DNA of 54,502 bases, the filler included, from Catajapyx aquilonaris (Eukaryota), in the NCBI GenBank assembly GCA_000934665.2. It is 3 parts of 3 records of this genome, joined end to end, with 100 filler letters (N's around TTAATTAATTAA, not from the genome) between each part and the next. Parts side by side here need not be neighbours in the genome. Positions count along the whole stretch, not along the records: positions 18,205 to 36,298 come from JYFJ02006777.1; 2 more parts are not named here. The stretch is one strand, 5' to 3'. Within the stretch, counting starts at the first letter, position 1; every line of letters starts with the position of its first letter. Below the pieces are notes generated by a model, which did no database searches, was not told where the DNA came from, and was given only the letters and a program-made list of their open reading frames with translations. The translations under genes and the position numbers were made by a program. Shown here piece by piece: positions 22,431-36,298 of the stretch.

Positions 22431-23387
22431 CTCGACCCGGAAAGACTCGCACTCAGCCTACGTGTTGGGCTGGCATACCCGGCATCATAATCGAAATTAT
22501 TTTAACTTGTACATAAGTGAAAAAATATAATATTCACTAACACAGCTATGCACCCAGTATACATGGTTATATACGCAAATTTACGCAAATTGTGGGCGAG
22601 CCACTGTTTTTGACCGCTTCCAAATTAATTGTTGCTGACTTGGAAGGTTGAATTCACGTTGCATTAAGACGCCAAATTATTCTAGTCACTTTCGTCCATA
22701 CTTTGCTTCTAATCATGATATTTGCCATTGACAGCAGGAAATTGCTGATTGAAAAGGCCGGTAACAGACTTGATTGCAGAGAGAATGTGTATTAAATGAC
22801 ATGTTTGTTAAGGTCACAAGCTTAATTTCGGTTGCGATCAAACTTGTTTTCGCGATGGCGGTACCCGAGCACTTGTCACGTTCGAAATTATTATTCATGG
22901 GAGATAACTACGAGGGTTTTGAAGATATATCGAAAAGCAACTCTCCATGCTCGCTTTTTGCACAGTATTAAAATAGATCCAGTGGAATTATCGACTGTCA
23001 CGTGAAAAGTATGACAAGTTGAAGGTATTTCTCCTTGGTAAGGAAATAATGCACATTTTTTTATTAGGGTAATGAATGGAAGGAAGAGCACTATCTGTAC
23101 TAGTACTACGACAGTAGTACTCGTACGACGCGTTATCATGTTCAAAAAAAAAAAAAAATTGCTATAGATATGATACTGTAACCCTGTAACCACACCATTC
23201 GCCTTCCCACAGGTTTTCCTGCCTGGCAGCAGCCAGCCAATCAGAAATTACAGAGTGGCGGTGATAGCATCTGGGTAGCAAATCTGGAAAACGTATGCAA
23301 GGAAAATACGGCTCACTAACTTGCGACATTTGTTCGTTTAAAAAATTGTAGTATTGCAGGAGTTGATTACCTTGGCAATCAGCAGCC

Positions 23388-23462
23388 ATGTATCGTTCTG
23401 GTGCATGGAAAAAGTCGACCTCCCTGTTGGGTAATTCGGTGGAGAAGAATGAAGACATTAAT
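23388..23462 (+). CDS. Predicted first coding exon of C19orf44/DUF4614-like gene
   Basis: GCAGCCATG context; MYRSGAWKKSTSLLGNSVEKNEDIN. Joins 23525 in phase 0 only via a GC donor (GCAAGT at 23463, 62-nt intron). Confidence 0.5.
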
Positions 23463-23524
23463 GCAAGTTTGTTAATTTTGTAGTAATGACTAGAGCAGTG
23501 CTAATAAATGCGTGTTATTTTCAG

Positions 23525-25052
23525 GATTACTTCCGTGCCTTGTCAGTAAAAAGTAAGCAGATCCGCAAGGGGCAGCGCAAAGGTGAATCGGAAGAGGAAG
23601 ACCCTAGCCCCAATAAGAATATACCCCAAAGTCCATTTCTAAAGAAGAGGCCAACAACAACTGACAGCAAATTTCCAGATGAAAAAATTCCAGGGAAAGT
23701 AGCACCATCCAACATACGCTCTGAGGCATACAACAAATTCCTTGCATATGAAAAGAAGTATACAAGGAAAGATAGAGTTTTCAAGAGTGTTAGTGATATA
23801 AGCTTGGGATCCCTAGCACTCTCAAAAAGTGAATATGAGTCAGAGCATGAAGAAAGCAAGTCTCACTCCTCTAGTACTTCTACTCACAGGGTTCTTCCTG
23901 CTGTTATTGGAATTGCCTCTGATTTGCCAGATGTGGTTGATGTACCTGAGGAAGAGAGTTTGTTAATTGACTTTGGTAGCCCTGAACCACCACAACAGAA
24001 ACAAGATAAGCCTGCAAACTTGGATACCCTAGACTTAAGTAGTAGGGATGAAAGAGATAGTCATGATCACTGTGATAATATTCTCCAAGTGAGTGGGGTT
24101 AAAGTTGAGGCACTCCAAAAATCTGATAGTCGCTTGAGCCTTCTCTCAGATGGCAGTACAAAAGATGCATTAGATGGTCAAGATAATGCTGAATCAGTAT
24201 ACAAGGCAAATCTCGCATTTAAGTCTAGTCAAAATTCTCATTTAGTAACCACTGACAATGATGTACACATAGATGAAACTAGCAAACCTATTCAGGCTGA
24301 GTCAAATATAAAAAGCGTAAGTTCTGATGACATTGAGGAGGATATTCCAGAAGAGATTCCAAGTGTGGCATATTCATCAGATTTTCCAAGTTACGACAGT
24401 GACACTGATGATGGAGACTTAGGCCTTGGTAATATCCACTCTGTTCATGATTTGATTTCTCTGGTTGAGGCAAAAGATGCAGAAAAGGAAGAGGAACACA
24501 GTGTGGTACAAAATTCAGATGCCCTAGGCCTTGGTAATATCCACTCAGTTCATGAATTGATTTCTCTCGCTGAGGCAAATAGTGTAGAAATAGAAGAGGA
24601 ACACAGCTTGGAGCAAAATTCAGATTCAAGTGCCACAACAGTAAAATCTGTTGAGGAGTTAACCCATGAATTCACCCCTGCTGCAGCAACTATGTTCAAA
24701 TTTCATTCTTCCAAAGCATTACCTCCTGAAAACGTCCCAGTGAAATTGGCTGATGATTCAATAAGGAGTTCTACTCACTTGTCAAGGAAAGCTAAGTTGC
24801 CACCAAAATTGAAAGCTACGAAACAAAAAGAGTCATCCGAAAGTAGTGATACTCTTGCTACACAGACTTCCAAACGAAGTGGTGATTTACATAATCAAGT
24901 CATGAAGAAGGAACACAAAATAGCCACAGTTAGAATGAGAAATGCCTGCATACAAACTCCTTTGCATTTAGAGATGGATGTCCCATACATGACACATTCC
25001 TGGGAGGTTCCAGCCTTCCGAGAACATTCTCTGAGGCCATCACTGTTGGATG
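23525..25052 (+). CDS. Large central exon of C19orf44/DUF4614-like gene (Ser/Asp/Glu-rich, likely disordered)
   Basis: Acceptor TTATTTTCAG at 23524; ~509 uninterrupted codons in AT-rich DNA; SPFLKK and YSSDF motifs; donor G|GTCTGT at 25053. Confidence 0.85.
24419..24628 (+). repeat. 105-bp in-frame tandem duplication (35 aa x2)
   Basis: LGLGNIHSVHDLISLVEAKDAEKEEEHSVVQNSDA / LGLGNIHSVHELISLAEANSVEIEEEHSLEQNSDS; units start at 24419 and 24524. Confidence 0.9.
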
Positions 25053-25121
25053 GTCTGTTATATTATAAAAAGTCTTGTGATTTTGCAAGATATAGATTTT
25101 ATGCTATGCTTTCAATTTCAG

Positions 25122-25294
25122 CTATAAGCAGTGAAGTTTCAGGAGGAGATATTGCATCGCAGATGCTCCTCCAGCAAATTGACCTGACCCGAAGTTTTAT
25201 GCGTACTCACCAGGAGATGTACAATAACTACTGCGAAGCTGCCAAAGATATTTCCAAGGGATACCATTACGTGAGGGCAAGGGAAACATATCAG
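25122..25294 (+). CDS. DUF4614-like conserved C-terminal exon
   Basis: Acceptor TTTCAG at 25121, donor CAG|GTAAGC. MLLQQIDLTRSFMRTHQEMY...YHYVRARETYQ resembles the C19orf44 C-terminal pattern ML.QQL.LT..F...HY.TLEE.K as I recall it. Confidence 0.75.
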
Positions 25295-26330
25295 GTAAGC
25301 TCACTGTACAAGTACTTCAAATTTTCCAAAAATAGGTGTGGACAATGTAATCTTATTTAGTTCATATTTGTTAATTGTTTTTGTGAATACTTCAGTGAGT
25401 GAAAGTCATTTATATTTTTAATTTATATTTATATTTATATTTTTAAGTTCTGTTGGAAGAAGGTTGGGGAAAAAATTGTGTTACCTGATAAAATGCAACT
25501 GACTGCAGCAAAGGAACCTCTAGTAGTTCTTTCTCTAATAACATGGGTGCATATTACCTCCAAAAAAATTTTTTGTTCATTAGCATATTTAGGAGATGTT
25601 AAATGGTATTAGAATAATCATGCTGAACTGGTATTCAAAAACATGTCTGCAGCCAGATGTTTTAAAATACCAGTGCTCTCAAGAGATATGCAAATGGCCA
25701 ATTCTGAAGAATGGCTGGTATTCTGTGGGAAATGGAAATTTGCATTACAATGGTGATTTCCATTCTGCATTGGGATGGAGGAAACTGACCTCAGTGATGA
25801 CTTACATCTGCTTACATACGTATTTGTTCAAATATAGAGTTAGCCAAGTTGATGTTCCGCTAACCCTATGCCTTGTGATACTGTACAGTATATCGTACAG
25901 GCATATCCCTGGGTTCATTAGTGTTCCAACACATTAGGGATTGTTAAGATTGATAACCCAGCCTTAGCCATCTGTGACCTTGCATGGTAATAGGTAAAAT
26001 GATATTTCCCATTGAATTTTTCTGCTTTTAGTGGCTTTTTCTCAGTGTTAATGTAAGTCTGCTTCATATATATTAAAGCAGGACCTACTTGTGTTCAAGT
26101 AAGGAATGAGACTCTTCCTTCCCCCATGCCAAAGTGAGGCTGTTAAGGTAATGGTGGTCCTGTGCAAAAATCCGTGGTTGTTCAAAATACTTGATTATAG
26201 GCCAAGTGCAAGAGCTGAATCCAACATGCCCCAATGTTCTTACAGTTAAATGATATGCATATTAGGAACTGTTGAAAATTTCTTGAGCATGTGAAATCAT
26301 GGGCTTTCATTATTTTATGCATATTTTCAG

Positions 26331-26381
26331 TATATGAAGAGGAAAAAGCCATCTCGCCAGAAGAAGGACAACCAGCATTAA
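26331..26381 (+). CDS. Predicted last coding exon of C19orf44/DUF4614-like gene
   Basis: Acceptor ATATTTTCAG; YMKRKKPSRQKKDNQH* continues the pattern (YI...RP); AATAAA at 26471-26476. The full model gives 608 aa. Confidence 0.65.
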   Translation, partial: YMKRKKPSRQKKDNQH

Positions 26382-29059
26382 TGATATGGTACCCTACATT
26401 CACAATGTGTTTTTGACTATCAGCATATTTTTGTAATGTCATGGATTTATATAAATTCTTGTGTTTGTGCAATAAATTAATTTCCCATACTGTTTTAGTA
26501 CAGTTACATTGGAACATTTTATATGACAAGTATCCTTAGAGAGAAGAGAAGGTATTAATATTATGTTTAGTGAGTGTTGCATTGAGATTACAAGGATATT
26601 AGGTAAGGAATATAAAGATGCAGGTGTAGTTGTGTTTGGGATGCAGGTGGGATGATGTTAGCATAAAGGGCTGATATCAAAGAGGTAATTCAGGGACCTT
26701 GATTGTTCTTAGGGATAGAGTTGTGTGCCATTTTCGTGGAAATGCCAAAGTCCACCGGTGCAAGGGGAGGGGGGGGGGGAGTTAGAGGGAAGGAAGGTGC
26801 AAGGCATAAATGCACATGTCAATGCTTGATCACTTTGTCAAGTTCCTTGGGTGCTTAGTCTCAAAGAATCCTATCTGAGATGAAGACAGAGATGATCCAA
26901 CACTGCATGAGATATAGGGGAAAGCCTTGGCATACAGGATCAACCCAAAAGAGGGAAGCTGATATAATTATGGTTCCTGAGAGTGCGTGAATGAGCAAGC
27001 ATGATTCCTGAGAGCCTATTTAGATTTCTGAGCCATCATAACTGCAGCAAGGATGCAACCCAAAATGTATGTACTGGGACATCACAGAATAAATCCAAGC
27101 GTACCTGAAAAATGTGCGGCTCATACACCTGGACAATAATGAGTCGGGATGTGACTGTGACATCAATAAAGAAACAATTTTGCACTTATCAGTCACTGGG
27201 AGGTAATGGAGATCCCACTCAGAGTGGTCATCACTAGGTTAGACTTTGAGACCTCCCAATGCTCCCATATGATAGTTATGCCAAGTGAAGCAGGAGATAG
27301 GAGTGGACTGGAGGGAGGGAGGATTGTAGAGTGGCCTCAAAAAACTGGAAAGGAATGGTTTCAAATGAATATTATTGAAAAATAGGTGAAAATATATTCC
27401 TCCGATCCTTGGGACTATTCCATTGCAACAAAAATTAACATAAAACTCACAATCAGTGCTTATTTACTTCCACTTGATATTTAATATCATGACAGACACA
27501 AATCATTTCTCAATATTTAGGCTATAATTTTTATAAGCATTATCAGTTTATGGCATTGTTTAAATTTAAACCTCTATCTCATTACTCTTACACTCAGAGA
27601 TCGCCTGCTGCAGCTAGTGAGACAAAACAAAGTATTTTGCTATGCTTGTAGCATGGCTTGTAGTTTAAAAGGAGGCAAGGTCGTGCGGAGGTATGCATAA
27701 CTGCCAGGATATGTTACTCTATGCTTGAAGTTCATGATCGTATCCAGTAATGATGCTCCCACAGCCTTGCATTTTCAGAAGGCTTAAAAAGGGTAGGCCC
27801 CACAACCGAATAATTCAAGCTAGTCCTTTTAATAATAATCACGAAAAATAACTGCTGAAAAATGAGCAGCTTATTGCCAAAAAATCGCTAATCGAAAGAC
27901 TTTTAATTGGAATACCATGCACTGTATATCTCCAGCCTAAACTTATGACGATTAATCTGTTTGACAATAAGGGAACAGGCAGTGACTGGGAGCAATCTAA
28001 AACGCTTTATTTATTCCCATAGGCACTTAAATTTTATTTATTTATTTCTACATGGATACTTTATTGGGATATGAGATATATACTCGTACATATGCATTAT
28101 ATTAGTCTTCGCACACTTTGTAACCATAATAGTACCATAGTGGAACGACTGCAGCAAACAATGTTATGTGAATGTCGTGAAAGAGGGCAATGTTCCTATT
28201 ATCTCACTGTGACTAATGCAAGGTTAAATTATAAGAGAATAAATTGAGTCGACATGTATATGGAAAGGGGGAGGGGGTGCGGGGAGAAGTGGGCTAAATA
28301 TGAATCGTCGGCCACAATGAAGAGAACGAGGTGAACAGAAGGAAGAGCCCTCCCTTTTTTATGGCGGTATGGGAATGAGGGCCAAGGGTGGGCTACAATG
28401 CAAAGAAATAATGCAAATTATTGGGAATGGTCCCAAGGAACGGGAAGCACTTCCCTGCACAGTCCTCATCACGCACCCCCAAAAATGGGCTTCGCTAGCT
28501 TGCATGTTTAGGAAGAATTAAATAAAAGCAAACCACCCAGGTATTAATAAAACCGAGTCGAACGCATCACGTCTAAATCCATGCCGTGACCTCAGCCTAC
28601 AATCTTCTTTTTTTTTTTGCTTAATTAAGACGTTACATCCCAGTTGCCACACATCTTTGCATGCAAGTCGGGTGATGACGCCTTGCCTAAGAGGGCCTAG
28701 CGACATTCAAAGTGCAGCCTCTCATGAAGCTTTTCGTGTCATGTGTCGCGAGAAATGGCAATGCTATTGGGATTATGTGGCTTCAAAAGACGCATGAGAT
28801 ACATAAGAAACCTGATGTTTCGACAAAAAAAAAGCATGTTAAACAGTGTTTCTGGAGAATGCACTGTCCCTTAATGACATCGCCTTTGAACTCAGTTCGT
28901 ATAGGCCTACTGGGAGCGATCTCCGCGAAATGCAATATAGTACCGTTACTCATGCTCCGTATTTCTTTTTGTATAACTACAGTCCATGTCATTTTTTCCT
29001 CCTATGCTAGCTAGACCTTTCCCTCAGCAACAGCAAAGAAGAGAGTGTCAAAACGGGAA

Positions 29060-29250
29060 AGTGTTCTCACAAATCAAAGCTGTGTAACCACACACAAAAA
29101 ATCATCCTCATGTTCTCATGTAACTATGTTGCAGTTACTAACGCGAAGGTCATTTCCTCCAGGATGATCCATAATTGGGCATCTTTTTATTGCAGCCTGT
29201 ACACTTGCCTGATTTTCCACATCTGGTAACTGATCCGGAGCATCTCAGGG
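29060..29250 (-). mobile_element. Possible decayed Tc1/mariner transposase C-terminus
   Basis: Broken minus-strand peptide MWKIRQVY...LWIILEE...ENMR...EHF resembles the post-SPDL region; weak. Confidence 0.25.
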
Positions 29251-31529
29251 CGCCTCTTCCACCACCTGGTTCACCTTGAGCCACTACTCTGATGGCTTTT
29301 GCAGATCATTACCAGGGATCTACACTCATGGAGATGGGAAAAACTTGGCATTTTTTGTGCTGAGCACCTTTTTTTTTCATTTTCGCCAGTGCTTTGGGGT
29401 AAGAATGACATAACTGCGAATCACAAAGGAAGTTTCTGAACTGCTGATGAGCTGTCTGATTATTTATCCTTGTCGATGTGCCCCATAGTTAGTGAAATGT
29501 GACGGGTGATACGAATCGAATTTTGGGGGATTTGACCAGAGGTGACACCGTAATTCACCGCTCGAACTCTGGTCTTTGGTGCGTAAAGATGGGGTCAACC
29601 TGATGAAAAAGGCAATGCAACAGTGCTGGTATTGACATGGAACTATACTGTCTGCGTTCCCTAAATAGTTATCATTCGACCAGATTTTGCCTCCAGCAAT
29701 TTCCACCACCATGAAAAGTCAATATCTAATCTAAATCGACAACCAATTCAGATTTATTGAATAGAACAGACCTGCCTTCCGATTAACGCATGTAGTCCAA
29801 GGCCCCTCAAAAGTAGCAATATTCACGCTTTGGACACACACTTATTTCACACTAAACTGATTGAAAGGTTCCAGTATAATGCTGGTTATCACAAGAATTG
29901 CTTGGAATTAGTTTTTTAACTATCTCTCACGCCCCTCAGGCACTCACAAATCAAAGTTATTACTACCAAATAGCGACTAACATGATTCTCTTAAGTTATA
30001 CGAAGTTGAATGGTGCTATAAAGTACTAGGCATGCCTCCCTTATACTGTACATTTTATAAATACTTGTATACCTACAAGCTAGTCTACAACCTAAAATGT
30101 ACGAGAATATGAACTGTAATATATAACAGCGGATAATGGGTTTTTGAGTATCTAGTTATTGGAGGGAAATAGGGCTGAAAGGATGAGCGGTATAGTGAAA
30201 GTTCCTTCCTGAGATGGAGAGTGATGTTCATGGATAGTGTTCCACTGGCCTTAGCTTGTCCTGGCCTCATATTCTGCAACCTTGCATTTGAAGCTGGCTG
30301 TTCTTGTTCTGACTCACACTGGCTGACTGTATATAGCAGAGACAATGAGGAAAAGATGTATGTAAACGAGTACTTCCAACCTGTGGTCGCATATTATAAT
30401 AAAGTAATACATCGTACAAATTCGATACGGTACATCTATACCAATTATACGGCGTATTTAGTTCATGATTTGAGGACTAGTGTAATATGTTATCGTGCTG
30501 TACCACAACCCTCGACAGATTGCAGGAAGAGGAACATAAACCCGAGCGGCAACATCTCCCTGATGAGTTTACGATGCTTTCGGAAAGGAAAGGTAGCTGT
30601 AAAACTCAGATCAAGGTTGCTTCGGTTTTAATCTAATGTATACAGGTTCACAAGAAGGAGATTCAGCGACAAGTGACAATCCACGTGCTCAGAATTGATA
30701 TTTTCAACAATATATTTGTATTATTCTGCGGTGACGTGTGATCTCTTGCACGAGACATGTTTAATGTTAAAATTAGTACACTAACCACCGCGGTACACAC
30801 AGAGTGTACGTGTACATTATAAAAGTGTCTCATCAGCTGGAATTTATTGCACAAGTAAAATTTCTTACAAAATGTCTTCAAATTATTTTATAGCATGGCA
30901 CTTGAAAGAGAAAATTGCAGGTGTTGCTACCAGTGAGAGTGTTAAAATCAGCACTGTGCATTATTTTGTCGCCACGATCTGACACTGGCGTAAAATCTTG
31001 TGTGGACCAGTGTCCAGAGAAAGTAACGCAATCAATAATAATTATTGCTTTTAGTACGGTAGCTGATAACGTGAACTGCACCCCACATGCAGATATCAGT
31101 GCACACAACCCGTGTATACTAATAGGCGTTCAGCAAGAGCCGAAGACTGGTGAAAGTAGTCGCAATCCACTTAACAGCTCTCATGTCAAGGCTATTTCGT
31201 CTGCGAGTGCCTTATATGATCTTGTAAAGTGCAACAGTTATTCACCTATAATATGCACATGATAACATGTGAAATGAACCATAACAATGGCAATATTCCG
31301 TGTGAGGTGTAATAAACGGGATATGTCCAGCATACTATAAATTAACTTCCTGACATCCGCAGGTGCAATACCGTGTGTGCAAAAAATTACACGACTCCAC
31401 ATGAACATGCCCATGAAGTTGCGAGGACTATGGAAGTTAGCCGCGCTTGGGAAATAAAGAGCGCAAATTGCAGAATTTGGTGGTTAGATGAGCTCAAAGG
31501 GCAGGTGAAACAAAACAAAAAAGAGAGGT

Positions 31530-31553
31530 AGAGAGAGAGAGAGAGAGAGAGAG
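31530..31553 (+). repeat. (AG)n microsatellite
   Basis: Direct observation. Confidence 0.9.
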
Positions 31554-34500
31554 GTGGGCGGTGCTTGGTCTGGGAACATGCAACACCAGAGAGGTGTGGG
31601 AAGAGGAAAAAGGGGAGAGGAGGGGGGTGACGAGGGAGGGCAATGGGAGGCCGGGGAGGAAGGTGAAGGGAAGCTGAAGAGAATCATTGCAGGTGCAGAG
31701 GAGGTAGGAGCCATCAGCTGCTCCTATCCTCCGGTATACATTGTTCTCAGGTTCACAGTGCTTTTTTGTTTCTCAGGTGCTACTTCCTTTGTGCCACACT
31801 ACCACTTCCATGCAGGATCACCTTGGCTGGTGAGTGTTTTTCATTTTTTTTCTTGCTCATATACTGCTAATTAGCACTTGTTTCCGTCAATATTGTATTT
31901 TGATCAAATTGAACTGTTCCGCATAGGCCTAATTATAATGGAAGTTAATTTAAAAATTCTCAACTGTTGACTGTCGCGAAAATAGAGAAAAGTGAAGTTC
32001 AGCATCTGACTTCTTTTGGGCTGTCTGATTTCCTGTAGTTGTTGTTTGGTATAGCTCAATATGGGTTTATACAGCATGTTTATAAAGCCTAAAATTCGTA
32101 GATAATTTCTTTAGCAACCAACCCCCTTCAAGTTTACCTTAATATAAACTGAGCTGCATCTGCCAATTTTATTTTGGCGTTGCCAGCTGTTATGGCATAT
32201 TTTATGGAAAGCAGGCACGACAGAGCATGTGTGGCACGTAAATATGACGCATGTGCCAATATATCATCATTGTGACACACGTGTGACCTTAACGCTCGCG
32301 AACGTGTGGGGACAAGCGGGACCTGTGAAACGAGATGCATCCAAAAAAGGCAGAGTAAAAGCTAACGTGACAACCTACTTGTAAGTCCCCTTCAGCTCTA
32401 TATACGTCGTGTTAGGAGGGCGGAAATAGGCTCCCACTCTTCCAAATTCTAGTTTCAGTGGAAAGTTTTACTGCAGAAACTTTCAACGGTGTGACGTTGC
32501 ACTATAGCTTCACACTTCGTCATGTCCGCCACATGACGATGGTATTTTCCGCCTCCTAACCAGAATGTGACAAACTCCGACTTGAGAATTGACAAATGGG
32601 ATTTCCAAGGAAGGGGGTAAAAAATCAAAGCCAGAGATGCATGCACTTGCAGATCTGGTTAGTCGTTAGTGGTAGTTTCTGACCTTCCCTTGGATTTCCA
32701 GTGCGACAGGGACAGACAGGTTTCTAGCCCTGCAGATATCGTAATAATGATCTTTATTCTCCTTTGTCACCGCGGGGCCAATATATATACGTTCATGGTA
32801 AAGCTGCAAGAAACGATACTTTATATATGACAGATCATTGTATGGTTTCCGAGGCAAGTCGAATTGCAAAGCAGCAGGGTTTCCAGGAGCCAAACTTTTG
32901 CTTCTCTGTCTACCAGAGCGCGAAATTGAACTCGGAATAACTTTTTTTTGCCTTAGAGCATGGTGGGTGTTTAAAAAAAAAGTGCATGCTATTTCTGGCT
33001 CTTTAATGAACTGCTGAGTGTCACACCTACTTGACTTGCACACTTTTTTTGCTGAGTTTTCCCAATGCACACTTTTATGCACTTACTGAAATGTGTGCGC
33101 TGATGTGATGAAGATAACAGGTGTCGGGACCCACAGAGAAAAGGAGAAAAGTGTTGCTTGGCACAGGTGACATCACCTTCACTTTTATTCTAATGACAGA
33201 TGTCTTTGCACTCATACTTTGCTAGAATGATTACGACACTTACAGTTTTTTTTTGCATTTTCGTGCTTGCTGGCCTTTCTTGTTTCTCTTACAAGGATAC
33301 GCGGCCTTTGTATTCAACGGTATTCTAGAGAGCACTCTGTAAGTTTCACCTTCTTGCGTGATATGAAGAATATTAACGTGAGTTGTTATGAGTTAGCCAC
33401 GTGGCCTCATACATCTTTTATCAATAACAGCTTTCTCAAAATTAAGATCAGTCAAATCAACACACTGTTGATTTGACAATTTAACAATAACATTTTTCCT
33501 CTTAGAATCGCATATTATTAGGCGAAGTCATTTTTAAACAGTGATATAATTATGGCGTAGAGGGTCTGAAACCCAAGCTGAAGAGTGCGTGACAAATAAA
33601 TTCATATGCTGAATAATTAAAATGTTGGGTAAGATATTTCCATAGAGCCTGCTTTTTTCAAATACGATATTTCACAGGAACTCGCTCTTCCACGCGATTG
33701 TCGCACCGGAAGCTCACATTTTACAAAACCATACACACACTCGTAAACGGCGTGATTTCTTTTAAATGTCGAAACCAGCAGTATCATACAGTGTGAGGGT
33801 AGTTTCATCCAAGGGAGTTGCATCAGGTTCTTATCCGCTATTTTTCATTATTCCTGGAAGCGGTAAAAGAGTAACTGCAGTTTGGTTGGGTTGGCCGTGA
33901 CGAAACAAAACTCGGTGAAGAAGAAAAAAAGGAAGTTGGGACAGGGACTAGCTATCCTGCTGGTGCTGCACATCCAAACGCGTAATTCCGGACAAGGGCG
34001 TCAGCGCTGGGAACATTACATCGAGGTCTGCTCACGCGTTTTGTGGCCAAAGGTGTCGGTTACGTACACACCACAAGTGACACAAAAGCGAGACCTTTCC
34101 AGCTGAGAGTGAAAGTGCCGCAAGGATAGGTTTTGGGGAATTGGAAGAACAGGTCTGTGTCTGTGATGACCTCTCGTGCACATGTCCGACATATCGAGAC
34201 CTGCATTATTAGCTTTGGGATAGATTATGGCGGCAGAAAGCATGAGAGGGCCAGTCTCATTTCATTATAGGAAGTGATGGTTATCTGGGAGCGATCACGA
34301 GTACGTGCTTCCCAATTTGGGTTGTAGGGCTCTTCCATAAGGTAGACTGTAGGCAGCAGCACCTTTGCTTGCGAAGGCTTGTTGAGTCATCCAGGGCCAT
34401 GGTTGGATATGAAGTAACAGCTGACTCCCCGAGGTGTATACATCTTGGCTCTCGGTATACATGCGCTCAGCTGATCGTGACCAAGTCGGATGCAACAACA

Positions 34501-36298
34501 AGCAGGTCTTGCTTACTTTTTATAGCTTGAAAAAGTGTGTCCTTCCTGAGTTTATTTCGCAAAATCACTTAATAGGTTCCGTCTCTTGTAGCCTTCGGTG
34601 GTACAAATTACACTGCGAAATAAACAGACCTTGAGATATCATTTTGTTGAGCGTCCAAGTTCCTGGAGTTTCCTTCTTGTCTCATTTCGGATTTTGAAAA
34701 AAATGCATCTTCGTAACTGTATTGTGATTGTTTTGTTTTCCAACACAAAGCAGTCTGATAAAAAGTGCACCAGCGACTTGCACGTAATACTGGTGTAACT
34801 GAATGCTTTTTGCAAGCCATCGTAATTTAACAGTATAATTGCCGAGTGCAAGAAGTCGACTACTCCCACTGCATTATTCTGAACTATGATTGCAAAGGGT
34901 CATTAGGAATTACACTGGCCTTTTGTGTACGAGACGGTATACAGCAGTACTGTCAGCCAGCAAATACAAGTATTATACTGACACTAATTCTTATTTTTTA
35001 TTACATTCTGGATGCACTGTTTGTCTTTTTTTTGTCCAGACGTATATATCCTGGCGGTATACAACCATTAGCTCTCTGAATATCCACCACAGACTTCAAC
35101 TTGGGAACGTGGTGATGGTTGCGTAGTGTCAGGATACTTTTGGCCTAAACTTTTTTTAACCCTATTGTTTGATACCAGTACAGTTCAATAACTGCGCCAT
35201 ATGCGCCACATGTGACAAGTGGAGTGTTCTGCAGGTAATGACTATAATAAGGTCTACGAATAAAATTAATGTCAACAATATTTGAACCGCCACAGTGTCA
35301 TTATCCACGTTAACAGTGGCTTCATAACGATGTAAAGTACGTGTTATGGTACTGCTGATTTTTAATACAAAGTCATTTCAACCTGAGGTAAACACTAGTC
35401 TATGAGTGTCCAAATAATGGGGTACCGTATACCACACGTATTGATACTTAAATTACACCCTTCATCGAGTTGAATTCTGCCTGTAAATTAATTAATAGTC
35501 TTAATTTTGCCAATCAACATTTTCCATTTACCTGTTCGATAATAATTTTTGTGTATGTCATTTTTAAATTCAGTGATTTCTAATTCACACGATTCAGTTT
35601 TTGTGTGAATTAGAAATATTTTCTTACTAATTTTTGTGATAAAAGACGAGTAATTGAGACGTACACTGGCTGTTATAATTGAAGATTCACATATCACTGA
35701 TTTCGATGTTTGAAGATTGCATTATCCTTTTACTTTCGAATGATTTTTCCCCCCTATTTGTAGTTCTAGGGGCTGCAGTTTCTTCATATCAAAACTAACT
35801 TGACCATAAGAATGGACCCAATGAATAATGGATTAAGCAATCCCTAACTCAATTTCCACAAAAAACGTGGCGTTGATCATTCTTCATTTTCTATAGTCTT
35901 CAGTTTAATCATGTTAACGATTATCTCGTCCCAAATATTCTCAGTAACAAGTGTATAAAACAGACCAGCTCTTGCGCCGACAATCCTTTCCATTCCCCTG
36001 GCTCATAACAAAAGTCACGTAAGAGAACACTTTTCAAGTTGAATTACGTACACGTATTAATTTTTACAGCAAAAGTATCATTGCATGTTGCCAAGCCACA
36101 TTATCATTTAAAATTTGTACAATTTTATGAGATATTAGTGTGTTATATACTTACGTAACATTTCTACTGCACTAATTAGCATGCCTTACAGTGTGCTGCT
36201 ATTGGTATGAAGATGTCATAAGATAATAATTTCTCTCCAAAAAGTGTCCTACTTTTAAAAATATAGGTTTACACACTGTATACGTTATACACATTAGA

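Noticed and set aside
23486..25360. Intronless 624-aa protein as given by the ORF track
   Set aside because: Both ends and a 69-nt internal segment have intron features; the spliced model fits better.
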